A DNA stretch of 38,776 nt from an uncultured Lachnospiraceae bacterium (GTDB lineage Bacteria > Bacillota > Clostridia > Lachnospirales > Lachnospiraceae). A program made the translations under genes and the position numbers. Location of the stretch: assembly GCA_902803155.1 (NCBI GenBank), contig CADCOU010000203.1, positions 1 to 38,776 of the forward strand, given 5' to 3'. The notes beneath the pieces are model-generated. The model was given only the letters and a program-made list of their open reading frames with translations. It was not told the DNA's origin and did no database searches. Positions within the stretch are counted from its first letter, which is position 1, and each line of letters begins with the position of its first letter. Below, one piece after another: positions 26,703 through 35,814 of this stretch.

Positions 26703-27326
26703 ATGGCGCATAAAACAGTCTGGCTGATCCGGCACGGACAGACCCTGGGAAATGAACAGAAGAGATATAACGGAAGAGGAACGGATGAGCCTCTGTCGGA
26801 GGAAGGGATCAGGCAGGCCCGGCTGGCCGGGAAATGGATCGGGCAGATCATGGCTTCAGCCGGCGCATCGCTGCGCGTGTGCGCAAGCCCTCTGAAGAGG
26901 GCAGTCCAGACGGCGGATCTCCTGTTTGCCAATCCGAAGATCAGACAGATCGAAGACCTGGAGGAGATGGACTTCGGAGCCTTCGAGGGAAAGAGCTATG
27001 AGGACCTTTCAGGAAACCCGGCCTATCAGGCATGGATCGACAGCGGAGGCACACTTTCATTTCCGGGAGGGGAAACGAAAGAAGAGTTTACCCGCAGATG
27101 TTACCGGGGATTCCTGACAGCACTGGGGGATCCGGACAGGGAAGAGACGGTTGCCGTTGTCTGCCATGGAGGAACCATCATGGCGGTTATGCATGCCCTT
27201 ACCGGGAAGGATTACTATGAGTTTATGACGTGCAATCTGGGCGGATACTGTCTGGAGACAGAAACGGATGATGAAGGAATACATAGTTTTACATATCATG
27301 GCTTTGACAGCGGGGATCCTGGCTGA
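26703..27326 (+). CDS. cobC: Histidine phosphatase family, probable alpha-ribazole/adenosylcobalamin-phosphate phosphatase
   Basis: LIRHG, SPLKRAVQTA, EMDFGAFEG and HGGTI; GGAGG RBS; operon context. Confidence 0.85.
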   Translation: MAHKTVWLIRHGQTLGNEQKRYNGRGTDEPLSEEGIRQARLAGKWIGQIMASAGASLRVCASPLKRAVQTADLLFANPKIRQIEDLEEMDFGAFEGKSYEDLSGNPAYQAWIDSGGTLSFPGGETKEEFTRRCYRGFLTALGDPDREETVAVVCHGGTIMAVMHALTGKDYYEFMTCNLGGYCLETETDDEGIHSFTYHGFDSGDPG

Positions 27327-28287
27327 CCTGATCATAGGAGACCCGCACAGCCTGCCGCATCCGGTCCGGGCGATCGGCGGACTGATTGCGCGGCTGGAAC
27401 ACTGGCTTATCGGGAACGGACATTCCGGAGAGGGCAGGGATAAGAGGTCGTTTATAGAGGAGAGAAGAAAGGGAACCCTTCTCTGGATGATCGTAGTCTT
27501 TGCGGTGGCAGCGGCAACCGCTCTGATAACTGTGTTTTTCTACCGGTTGAACCGGTATGCGGGGGCAGCGGCGGAAGCGGTCCTCACCTGTTATCTTCTT
27601 GCTGCAGGAAGCCTGTGCCGGGAGAGTATGGCGGTTTCAGATGCACTCGGCAGAGGAAACACTGATGAGGCCAGGCAGTCGCTTTCCATGATCGTCGGCA
27701 GGGATACGGCAGAGTTAAGGGAAGAGGAGATCATCAAAGCGGCGGTTGAGACGGTTGCGGAAAATACTTCGGACGGTGTGATCGCCCCGCTGCTCTATGC
27801 TGCGATCGGCGGCCCCGTGCTCGGCTGGGTTTATAAGGCAGTCAACACGATGGATTCGATGCTGGGTTATCGCAGCGAACGCTATGAACATTTCGGAAGA
27901 ACGGCAGCTGTCCAGGATGATATATGGAACTATATTCCTTCCAGGGTCAGCGCGCTCTTCATGATCCTTGCAGGTTTTCTTGCGGGCATTTTCTCCGGTG
28001 CATTTTCGGGGAAAGAGGCGTTCCGGATCTGGAGAAGGGACAGGCGCAGCCATCTGTCGCCGAATTCCGCTCAGACCGAGAGCGTCTGCGCCGGCGCACT
28101 GGGCCTTCAGCTGGGAGGAGCACATACCTACAATGGGATCACGGTTGCAAAGCCTGCGATAGGGGATCTTCGCAGGGAACCGGAAACGGCGGACATCGCC
28201 AGGGCAAATGTGCTGATGTTTATAACGGAAGGGTTTATATCCGTGAGCGTTCTGGCTGTCCTGATCTGTATTGCCCGGAGTATGTAA
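27268..28287 (+). CDS. cbiB: Adenosylcobinamide-phosphate synthase
   Basis: GDPHSLPHPV, IVGRDT, VETVAENTSDG, YKAVNTMDSMLGY and SPNS. Confidence 0.96.
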   Translation: MMKEYIVLHIMALTAGILADLIIGDPHSLPHPVRAIGGLIARLEHWLIGNGHSGEGRDKRSFIEERRKGTLLWMIVVFAVAAATALITVFFYRLNRYAGAAAEAVLTCYLLAAGSLCRESMAVSDALGRGNTDEARQSLSMIVGRDTAELREEEIIKAAVETVAENTSDGVIAPLLYAAIGGPVLGWVYKAVNTMDSMLGYRSERYEHFGRTAAVQDDIWNYIPSRVSALFMILAGFLAGIFSGAFSGKEAFRIWRRDRRSHLSPNSAQTESVCAGALGLQLGGAHTYNGITVAKPAIGDLRREPETADIARANVLMFITEGFISVSVLAVLICIARSM

Positions 28288-28304
28288 TTGAGGGGGACTG
28301 CAGC

Positions 28305-29369
28305 ATGCATGGCGGTGATATCTACCGGAATAAAGTGAATACGGATTTTTCAGTAAATCTGAATCCGCTCGGGCCGCCGCCTGAGGTCCTGCACGCACTG
28401 CAGACGTCCCTTGGCATGGCAGGATATTATCCGGATCCGCGTCAGGATGCGGTCAGAGATGCGATCGCGCAGTATGAACGGACAGAACCGGACTGTATCG
28501 CGGCCGGATGCGGAGCCTCGCAGCTGATCCTCGCGGCAGTAAGGGCGGAGGGACCGCGGAGCGCACTGGTTTATGAACCGGCTTATTCGGGATATGAATA
28601 TGCGCTGCATTCAGCAGGCTGTTTTGTACAGAAGGTCCCACTGAGAGAGGAAGATGACTATGTTCTTACGAAGCGGGATCTCGGAGCGCTGGATGTGCGG
28701 CCGGATATGGTCTTTCTGTGCGATCCGGCAAACCCTGCCGGTAAGAATATTGACACGGATCTGATCCTGGATCTGCTTGACCGGACAAAAGGACGGGGAA
28801 CCCGCGTGGTCCTGGATGAAAGTTTTCTGCTGATGTCCCGGAAAGCCGCAGCAGGAAATATGACGGGCAGGGGGGATCTGGTCAGGCGCTATGACAATCT
28901 GTATATCGTCCGGTCGCTGACGAAACTGTTCGCGCTTCCCGGGATCCGCATGGGATATGTCATGTCCGCTCCGGGCAATATCTCCCGTATCATGGGACAG
29001 CTTCCGGAATGGAACCTGCCGGTTACGGCCCAGGAAGCGATCAGAGCCGGGATGGAGGTACTGGGAAAGACCGATTATCTCAGAAGGACACAGGAGACGG
29101 TCGCCGCAGAGCGGGAATACCTTGCGCAGATGCTGAGAGAGTCGGGGATGGATGTCTATGAGAGCGATGCGCCATACCTTCTGTTCAGGGGACCGGAAAT
29201 GCTCTGTGAAGCGCTTCTTTCCAGGGGGATCCTGATCAGGGACTGCAGTGATTTCCCGGGACTTGGAAAAGGAATGTTCCGGATCGCCGTGAAGGAGCAT
29301 GCTGCGTGTGAATCATTCTGCAGGACACTCAGAGAGGTAATGAATGAAACCGGAGATTGTAAAGCCTGA
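28305..29369 (+). CDS. cobD: Threonine-phosphate decarboxylase (PLP-dependent)
   Basis: MHGGDIY, DFSVNLNPLG, DESF, RSLTKLFALPGIRMGY, IRDC and RIAVK. Confidence 0.9.
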   Translation: MHGGDIYRNKVNTDFSVNLNPLGPPPEVLHALQTSLGMAGYYPDPRQDAVRDAIAQYERTEPDCIAAGCGASQLILAAVRAEGPRSALVYEPAYSGYEYALHSAGCFVQKVPLREEDDYVLTKRDLGALDVRPDMVFLCDPANPAGKNIDTDLILDLLDRTKGRGTRVVLDESFLLMSRKAAAGNMTGRGDLVRRYDNLYIVRSLTKLFALPGIRMGYVMSAPGNISRIMGQLPEWNLPVTAQEAIRAGMEVLGKTDYLRRTQETVAAEREYLAQMLRESGMDVYESDAPYLLFRGPEMLCEALLSRGILIRDCSDFPGLGKGMFRIAVKEHAACESFCRTLREVMNETGDCKA

Positions 29370-29970
29370 AGAAATCGAAAAGAGAAGTTTTGAGATCATT
29401 GCCTCCGAACTCATGGAAGCAGGTATCCGGCTCGACGAGCGGTATGCTTCTGTGATAAAGCGCTGTATCCATACATCAGCGGACTTTGAATATGCCGCGA
29501 CACTGACGTTTTCCGAAGATGCAGTGGAAGAGATGCGGCAGCTGATCCGGAGCGGCGCGGATATTGTGACGGATACGGCCATGGCAATGGCCGGGATCAA
29601 CAAGAAGAAACTCGCCTCATACGGAGGCAGGGTCCACTGTTTCATGGCGGATGAGGATGTTGCGAAGGAAGCCGGGCAGAGAGGAGTTACCAGGGCGGCA
29701 GTCTCTATGGAACGGGCCGCAAAGCTGGAGAAGGATATCGTATTTGCGATAGGAAATGCTCCGACTGCGCTGATCAGGCTTCACGAGATGATGGAGGAGG
29801 ATATCTTCACACCGCGGTTCGTGATCGGGGTCCCGGTCGGCTTTGTCAATGTGGTATATGCGAAAGAACTGTTTATCGGTTCGGAGATACCGCATATCAT
29901 CAACCGGGGACGCAAAGGCGGCAGCAATATCGCAGCGGCAATCTGCAATGCGGTGCTGTACAGCATGTAA
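29344..29970 (+). CDS. cbiC: Cobalt-precorrin-8 methylmutase
   Basis: IEKRSFEII, RCIHTSAD, IGNAPTAL, PVGFVNV and GRKGGS. Confidence 0.96.
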   Translation: MKPEIVKPEEIEKRSFEIIASELMEAGIRLDERYASVIKRCIHTSADFEYAATLTFSEDAVEEMRQLIRSGADIVTDTAMAMAGINKKKLASYGGRVHCFMADEDVAKEAGQRGVTRAAVSMERAAKLEKDIVFAIGNAPTALIRLHEMMEEDIFTPRFVIGVPVGFVNVVYAKELFIGSEIPHIINRGRKGGSNIAAAICNAVLYSM

Positions 29971-30034
29971 CAGGATCGACCGAAGCAAGCCGTATACCGG
30001 CAGAGCGGAATGGGTACCTTTAGTGAGGTCTGTC

Positions 30035-31240
30035 ATGAGAAACGGTTTTACCACGGGAAGCTGCGCTGCGGCGGCAGCAAAGGCTGCGGCGTACATGCTG
30101 CTTGGAGGGAACAGGATATCCCGGATCACGATCGATACGCCGGCAGGGGTGAGGTACACCCCGCAGCTGGAGAATATCATGGTCGGGGAAGAGGCGGTCA
30201 GCTGCGGAGTGCGTAAGGACGCGGGAGATGACCCGGATATTACGGATGGTGCCCTGATCTGTGCGACTGTGCGGATCCTATCCGAAGATCCGGCCCGGGA
30301 TGGAACCGTCAGTTTCGGCACGCAGGAGGATACGGGAACCGGCATATTCCGGGATGAGAGCCGGATCTTCATAGAAGGCGGCGCAGGTGTGGGAACCGTT
30401 ACGCGTCCGGGGCTGGACCAGCCTGTCGGAAACGCGGCAATCAATTCTGTCCCCCGGCAGATGATCGAAAAAGAGATCAGGGAAGTCATGGATCTCTTTG
30501 ATTTCAGGGGCGTGCTGTCGGTGGAGATCTCTGTTCCCGGAGGTGCGGAACTGGCGCAGAAGACGTTCAATCCGAGGCTCGGAATAGTGGGAGGGATCTC
30601 CATAATCGGAACAACAGGCGTGGTGGAACCCATGAGCACGAGGGCGCTCCTGGAGACGATACGAACGGAACTGAACCAGGTGAAGGCGATGGGGGCGTCT
30701 GCCGTGGTCATCTCTCCCGGGAACTACGGGCTTGCGTTCATGAGGGAACGATACCGCTATGATCTGGATAAGGCGGTGAAGTGCTCCAACTACATCGGTG
30801 CTGCCATTGACATGGCAGCAGACCTGGGCTTTCAGGAGATGCTCCTGTGCGGACACGTCGGAAAGCTGATCAAGGTGTCGGGCGGGATCATGAATACGCA
30901 TTCCAGAGAGGCAGACTGCCGGATGGAACTGATGGCAGCGGCAGCGGCCCGGTGCGGCGCATCCGCCGGCACCCTGAGAGGGATCCTGGACAGTGTATCA
31001 ACGGAGGAAGCCTTCGAATACTGCCTGAAAGAGGGAATCGGGGAGCAGTGCTGCCGGTTCATCATGGAAAAGATCGAATACTATCTGAATAAGCGGGCGG
31101 GAGGCCGCCTGAAGATTCACTGTATCGTGTATTCCAACCGGTACGGACTGATGGGGGCGACCGAAGAGGCGCAGGCGTTCCTGGAAAAGATACAGGAGAC
31201 TGGCAGTCGGGAAGGAATAATCCTGGGGGAAAAAACATGA
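30035..31240 (+). CDS. cbiD: Cobalt-precorrin-5B C1-methyltransferase
   Basis: GFTTGSCAAAAAKAA, KDAGDDPDIT, NPRLGIVGGISIIGTTGVVEPMS and GHVGKLIK. Confidence 0.96.
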   Translation: MRNGFTTGSCAAAAAKAAAYMLLGGNRISRITIDTPAGVRYTPQLENIMVGEEAVSCGVRKDAGDDPDITDGALICATVRILSEDPARDGTVSFGTQEDTGTGIFRDESRIFIEGGAGVGTVTRPGLDQPVGNAAINSVPRQMIEKEIREVMDLFDFRGVLSVEISVPGGAELAQKTFNPRLGIVGGISIIGTTGVVEPMSTRALLETIRTELNQVKAMGASAVVISPGNYGLAFMRERYRYDLDKAVKCSNYIGAAIDMAADLGFQEMLLCGHVGKLIKVSGGIMNTHSREADCRMELMAAAAARCGASAGTLRGILDSVSTEEAFEYCLKEGIGEQCCRFIMEKIEYYLNKRAGGRLKIHCIVYSNRYGLMGATEEAQAFLEKIQETGSREGIILGEKT

Positions 31241-32007
31241 TTCATTTTGTGGGGGCAGGCCCCGGAGCGGTTGACCTGATCACGGTCAGGGGGATGGAAC
31301 TGATCAAATCGGCAGATGTGATCATCTACGCGGGGAGCCTGGTGAATCCGGAGCTTCTCGGGTATGCCCGGAAAGAAGCCGAGGTCTACAACAGCGCTCA
31401 TATGACACTGGAAGAAGTATGTGAAGTGATGAAGAGCGCAGAGGCTCAGGGCAGACAGGTCGTACGCCTCCATACGGGCGATGCCAGTATCTACGGGGCG
31501 GTCAGAGAACAGATGGACTACCTGGATTCCCTGTGCATCCCCTATGATTCCTGCCCGGGTGTCAGCGCCTGTTTCGGGGCGGCGGCAGGCCTGAACCTGG
31601 AATATACACTCCCGGGGGTCACACAGACACTGATCATAACGAGGCTGGAGGGCAGGACCCCGGTCCCGGAGGCAGAGCGGCTGGATACTCTGGCGTCACA
31701 TGGCGCATCGATGGCAGTCTACCTGAGCGCCGGGATGCTGGCCGAACTGTCAGCCCAGCTGATCCGGGGAGGATATTCCCCCGATACGCCTGCGGCCCTG
31801 GTATATAAGGCGAGCTGGCCGGAGGAGAAACAGCTGCTGTGCACGGTCAAAACCCTGGCGGAGACCGGCGAAAGACACGGCATCACAAAGACGGCAGTCG
31901 TTCTGGTCGGGGATGCCGTTGCACATACAGACTACAAGAGATCCATGTTGTATGATCCCGCGTATTCTACCGGATTCAGAAAGGCACAGACAGAGGGAAA
32001 GGCATGA
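31237..32007 (+). CDS. cbiF: Cobalt-precorrin-4 C11-methyltransferase
   Basis: FVGAGPG, IYAGSLVN, RLHTGD..IYGA..EQ, QTLIITR and KASWPEE. Confidence 0.96.
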   Translation: MIHFVGAGPGAVDLITVRGMELIKSADVIIYAGSLVNPELLGYARKEAEVYNSAHMTLEEVCEVMKSAEAQGRQVVRLHTGDASIYGAVREQMDYLDSLCIPYDSCPGVSACFGAAAGLNLEYTLPGVTQTLIITRLEGRTPVPEAERLDTLASHGASMAVYLSAGMLAELSAQLIRGGYSPDTPAALVYKASWPEEKQLLCTVKTLAETGERHGITKTAVVLVGDAVAHTDYKRSMLYDPAYSTGFRKAQTEGKA

Positions 32008-33029
32008 GAAAAAAGGCAATCTGTTTTACCCTCAGGGGAAAGCGTGTGATAGAACGGATCAATCAGGGTCTTGCAGAGCTTGGAACCGAACCGGCGGAAG
32101 CATATATCTCCATGAGAGAGGAAGCGGAAACGGACGGGTTTTTCAAAGATGGTTTTATCAGGGTCACGGAACCGCTGGCTGACTGGGTGAGGATTCATTT
32201 CCGGTCCGGCTGCGCCATCCTGTTTATCGGCGCTGCCGGGATCGCGGTCAGGGCATTGACGGGGCTGCCTTCCGACAAGCTCATCGACAGCCCGGTGATC
32301 GTGATCGATGACAACGGCCGGTATGTGATCCCCATTCTGTCCGGACATGCAGGAGGGGCCAACAAGCTTGCCATCTTACTGGCGTCCGTGCTGGGCGCCG
32401 AGCCGGTCATCACCACATCTACGGATATCAACGATGCGTTCTCAGTGGATATGTTCGCGGCGGAGAACCGTCTTGAGATCTTGAACAGAGAGGGGATCAG
32501 GCAGGTTTCTGCCAAAGCGCTGGAGGGGAAGAGCATCACGCTTTCTATCAGGGATTATCCTCCGAAGGGGCCGGTGGATATCATCGTCGCGGATGATACG
32601 GACGCGGAGTATTCCCTGCTCCTGAAACCCAGGAGATATACCGTCGGCCTGGGTATGAAGAGAGATACGGAGGAAGAGGCGCTGGAGGGCTTTTTTCTCA
32701 AAACGCTGGAGATGGCAGACCTCAGACCGGAAGATGTCTACGCGATTTGCACGATCGATCTGAAGGAAAATGAGCCGGCGCTCACAGCGCTCCGGGACAG
32801 ATACCGGATCCCGGTCCTCACATTTGACAGAGAACTGCTCGCAAAGGCGGAAGGTACTTTCACGGCGTCGGAGTTCGTACAGAAGGTGACAGGGGTCGAT
32901 AATGTATGTGAGCGTGCCGCGGTAATGGGAGCAGGAGGACATGCGGAACTCGTTCTCCGGAAACAGTCGGAGAACGGGATGACAATGGCAATAGCGCGAA
33001 GGAATGTGACAGCCCTTTCGGCATTCTGA
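32004..33029 (+). CDS. cbiG: Cobalt-precorrin-5A hydrolase
   Basis: GIAVR, ILSGHAGGAN, PVITT and GVDNVCERAA. Confidence 0.94.
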   Translation: MRKKAICFTLRGKRVIERINQGLAELGTEPAEAYISMREEAETDGFFKDGFIRVTEPLADWVRIHFRSGCAILFIGAAGIAVRALTGLPSDKLIDSPVIVIDDNGRYVIPILSGHAGGANKLAILLASVLGAEPVITTSTDINDAFSVDMFAAENRLEILNREGIRQVSAKALEGKSITLSIRDYPPKGPVDIIVADDTDAEYSLLLKPRRYTVGLGMKRDTEEEALEGFFLKTLEMADLRPEDVYAICTIDLKENEPALTALRDRYRIPVLTFDRELLAKAEGTFTASEFVQKVTGVDNVCERAAVMGAGGHAELVLRKQSENGMTMAIARRNVTALSAF

Positions 33030-33069
33030 AGAAAATGCCTGAAATGGTTTCGCGTAAGAGGGAGAGATC

Positions 33070-33798
33070 ATGGGAAAAATCTATGTAGTCGGGATCGGAC
33101 CCGGAGACCGTCTCATGATGACGATGCAGGCAAGGGAAGCGCTCGACCGGAGTGATGTCATAGCCGGTTATAAGACCTATACAGATCTGATCCGCGAGGA
33201 ATATCCCGACCGGGAATTCTACGAGAACGGCATGAAAGGCGAGACAGAGCGCTGCCGGAAGTGCATCGGATATGCGAAGGAAGGCAGAACCGTCGCGCTT
33301 ATCTGCAGCGGTGATCCCGGCGTGTACGGGATGGCTTCCCCTCTGCTTTTGATCGCGCAGCAGGAGGGGTTTGACGAGATCGAGATCATCCCGGGTGTGA
33401 CGGCAGCGCTGAGCGGGGCTGCCGTTCTGGGAGCGCCTCTCGGCCACGATTTCTGTGTGATCAGCCTGAGCGACCTGCTGACCCCGTGGGAGCAGATAGA
33501 GAAAAGGCTCCTGTGCGCGGCGGAAGGAGACTTCTGCATCGCGATCTACAATCCGTCCAGCAGCAGAAGAGCGGATCACCTGAGGAAGGCGTGTGAGATC
33601 CTGCTGACCCGGCTGCCTGCGGACACGGCCTGCGGATATGTCCGGAATATCGGAAGAGAAGGAACTCAGAGGAAGGTCTGCCTGCTGAAGGAGCTTGCCC
33701 GGGAAGAGACCGATATGTTTACGACCGTGTTCATCGGCAACTCACAGACGAAGATCAGCGGCGGGAAACTGATCACACCCAGAGGATACAGGCTATGA
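33070..33798 (+). CDS. cbiH: Cobalt-precorrin-3 C17-methyltransferase
   Basis: VVGIGPG, SGDPGVYGMA, GAPLGHDF..ISLSDLLTPW, YNPSS and TPRGY. Confidence 0.96.
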   Translation: MGKIYVVGIGPGDRLMMTMQAREALDRSDVIAGYKTYTDLIREEYPDREFYENGMKGETERCRKCIGYAKEGRTVALICSGDPGVYGMASPLLLIAQQEGFDEIEIIPGVTAALSGAAVLGAPLGHDFCVISLSDLLTPWEQIEKRLLCAAEGDFCIAIYNPSSSRRADHLRKACEILLTRLPADTACGYVRNIGREGTQRKVCLLKELAREETDMFTTVFIGNSQTKISGGKLITPRGYRL

Positions 33799-35795
33799 GA
33801 AAGATCGCTGTTTTTTCCGGAACAACGGAGGGGCGGGAACTGTCCTGCCTGCTGGGAGAACGGTCGGTTCCCCACATCGTATGCGTAGCAGGGGAATACG
33901 GCAGGGAGATGATGTCTCCGGACCCGTGTGTTTCCCTTCATGTGGGGCGCATGGATGCGGAAGAGATGACAGAATATCTGAGATCAGAAGGCTTTGGCGC
34001 TGAGGATCTGGTGATCGACGCCACACACCCCTATGCCGGGGACGCCACCCGCAATATCAGGGAAGCGGCAGAGGTGCTGGGATGTATATACCGCAGGGTC
34101 GTCAGGAAGCAGGGAGAGATACCGGCCGCCGGGGCTGTCCGGTATACGGATATGGACAGCTGTGCCCGGGCGCTGGAGCATACAGAGGGAAATATCCTTC
34201 TCACCACCGGCAGTAAAGAATTGCCTGCTTATTGCAGACTTGTGTCGGATGAGACCCGGCAGAGGACTTATGTAAGGGTACTTCCTGCGGCGGAGAGCAT
34301 CCGCCTGTGCGGTGAAGAGGGGATCCGCTCCGATCATATTATCGCGATGCATGGCCCTTTCTCCCTCGAACTGAACCGCGCGATCATCGATCAGTATGAG
34401 ATCCGGCATCTGGTCACAAAAGAGAGCGGAGAAAAGGGAGGTTTTCAGGAAAAAGCGGAAGCCGCCCTGCAGGCAGGTGCCTGTGTGCATGTGATCGCAA
34501 GGCCCCTGTCAGAGGAAGGATGGGATGTCCGGGAAGTCCTCCGCGAGATACTTGGCGGGGAAGAGACTCCCGGAGAGAACGGGATGCAGATCACGCTTGC
34601 GGGACTCGGCATGGGAGATGAAGCGTGCCGGACACTGGAAGTCAGGGATGCGGTCAGGGATGCGGATATCGTGTTCGGCGCTGCCCGGCTGCTTCGTGAT
34701 ATTCACGCCCGGAAGAAGTACGACATGTACAGGGCTGCTGAGATCATACCGGTGCTGGAGCGGGAGAAACCGCACAGAGCGGTAATCGTCTTCTCCGGGG
34801 ATACGGGATTCTGCAGCGGGGCCGGGGCAATGCTGGAAGCGCTCCGAAGCTGGAACAGGGATGTACAGGTCCGGGTCCTTCCGGGGATATCCTCCTTTTC
34901 CTATCTTGCCGCAAGGCTCAAGGAGCACTATGATGACGCGGCGCTGTTTAGTCTTCACGGAAAGGATATTGAAAATGAGGCGCAAAAACTTGCCGGAGAG
35001 GTCCGGTATCATGCGCGCACCTTCGTGCTTTTGTCCGGGCCTGACGATATCCGCACTGTAGCAGGACATCTGACCGGTATAGGGACAGACATACAGATCT
35101 GCGCAGGCATCGATCTGTCATACGGGGGAGAGCGGATCGACCGCATGAACCTTGAGAAGGCGCTCACCTATGATGCGCAGGGCATCGCTTCGATCCTGAT
35201 CTTCAATCCGAACCCGGAGAGAAGGCCGCTGTTCCCGGTCAGGAAAGATGCGGAGTTTACACGGGACAGGGTCCCCATGACGAAGGAATGCATCCGGCAT
35301 GAGAGCATCGTACGACTTGGGCTCAGGGAGAGGGATGTGATCTGTGACATCGGCGGAGGAACCGGTTCGGTGGCGATCGAGGCAGCGTCGATTCACCCGA
35401 GCCTCCGGGTATATACCATTGAGAAGAAACCGGAAGCAGCGGAACTGATCAGGGAGAATATCCGAAAACTGCAGACAGGCAATGTCACAGTCATCGAAGG
35501 AGATGCGCTGGAAGAACTGGACCATCTTCCGGAACCAGACTGTGTGTTTGTCGGCGGAAGCGGCGGCGAACTGAGACAGATCGTGGAGCTTCTGAACAGA
35601 AAGAAAAAAGGGATCCGGTATGTGGTCAATGCGGTGAGCCTTGAGACTATGGAAGAAGTCCGGAAGATACTGGAGACTTACAATCCCGTGGAGCAGAGCA
35701 CAGTCCTGCTGTCCGTAAGCGATATACAGAAAGCAGGGGAGTATCACATGATGCATGCACACAATCCGGTAGCGATCTTCTCGTTTACGATCTGA
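33795..35795 (+). CDS. cbiJET: CbiJ-CbiE-CbiT fusion (precorrin-6A reductase plus C5 and C15 methyltransferases/decarboxylase)
   Basis: FSGTTEGR, DATHPYA, TTGSK and VTKESG (CbiJ); GLGMG, SGDTGF and PGISS (CbiE); PMTKE and DIGGGTGSV (CbiT). Confidence 0.92.
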   Translation: MRKIAVFSGTTEGRELSCLLGERSVPHIVCVAGEYGREMMSPDPCVSLHVGRMDAEEMTEYLRSEGFGAEDLVIDATHPYAGDATRNIREAAEVLGCIYRRVVRKQGEIPAAGAVRYTDMDSCARALEHTEGNILLTTGSKELPAYCRLVSDETRQRTYVRVLPAAESIRLCGEEGIRSDHIIAMHGPFSLELNRAIIDQYEIRHLVTKESGEKGGFQEKAEAALQAGACVHVIARPLSEEGWDVREVLREILGGEETPGENGMQITLAGLGMGDEACRTLEVRDAVRDADIVFGAARLLRDIHARKKYDMYRAAEIIPVLEREKPHRAVIVFSGDTGFCSGAGAMLEALRSWNRDVQVRVLPGISSFSYLAARLKEHYDDAALFSLHGKDIENEAQKLAGEVRYHARTFVLLSGPDDIRTVAGHLTGIGTDIQICAGIDLSYGGERIDRMNLEKALTYDAQGIASILIFNPNPERRPLFPVRKDAEFTRDRVPMTKECIRHESIVRLGLRERDVICDIGGGTGSVAIEAASIHPSLRVYTIEKKPEAAELIRENIRKLQTGNVTVIEGDALEELDHLPEPDCVFVGGSGGELRQIVELLNRKKKGIRYVVNAVSLETMEEVRKILETYNPVEQSTVLLSVSDIQKAGEYHMMHAHNPVAIFSFTI

Positions 35796-35814
35796 TGGAG
35801 GTCAGGAAACACAG

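Noticed and set aside
27268-27326. 59-nt overlap of cobC and cbiB
   Set aside because: The overlapping CobC tail lies outside the conserved fold; this looks like ordinary stop-codon drift in a tight operon.
33795-35795. CbiJ-CbiE-CbiT triple fusion as a novelty
   Set aside because: Fusions among these consecutive cbi enzymes are familiar in Clostridia, so it is recorded as a feature only.
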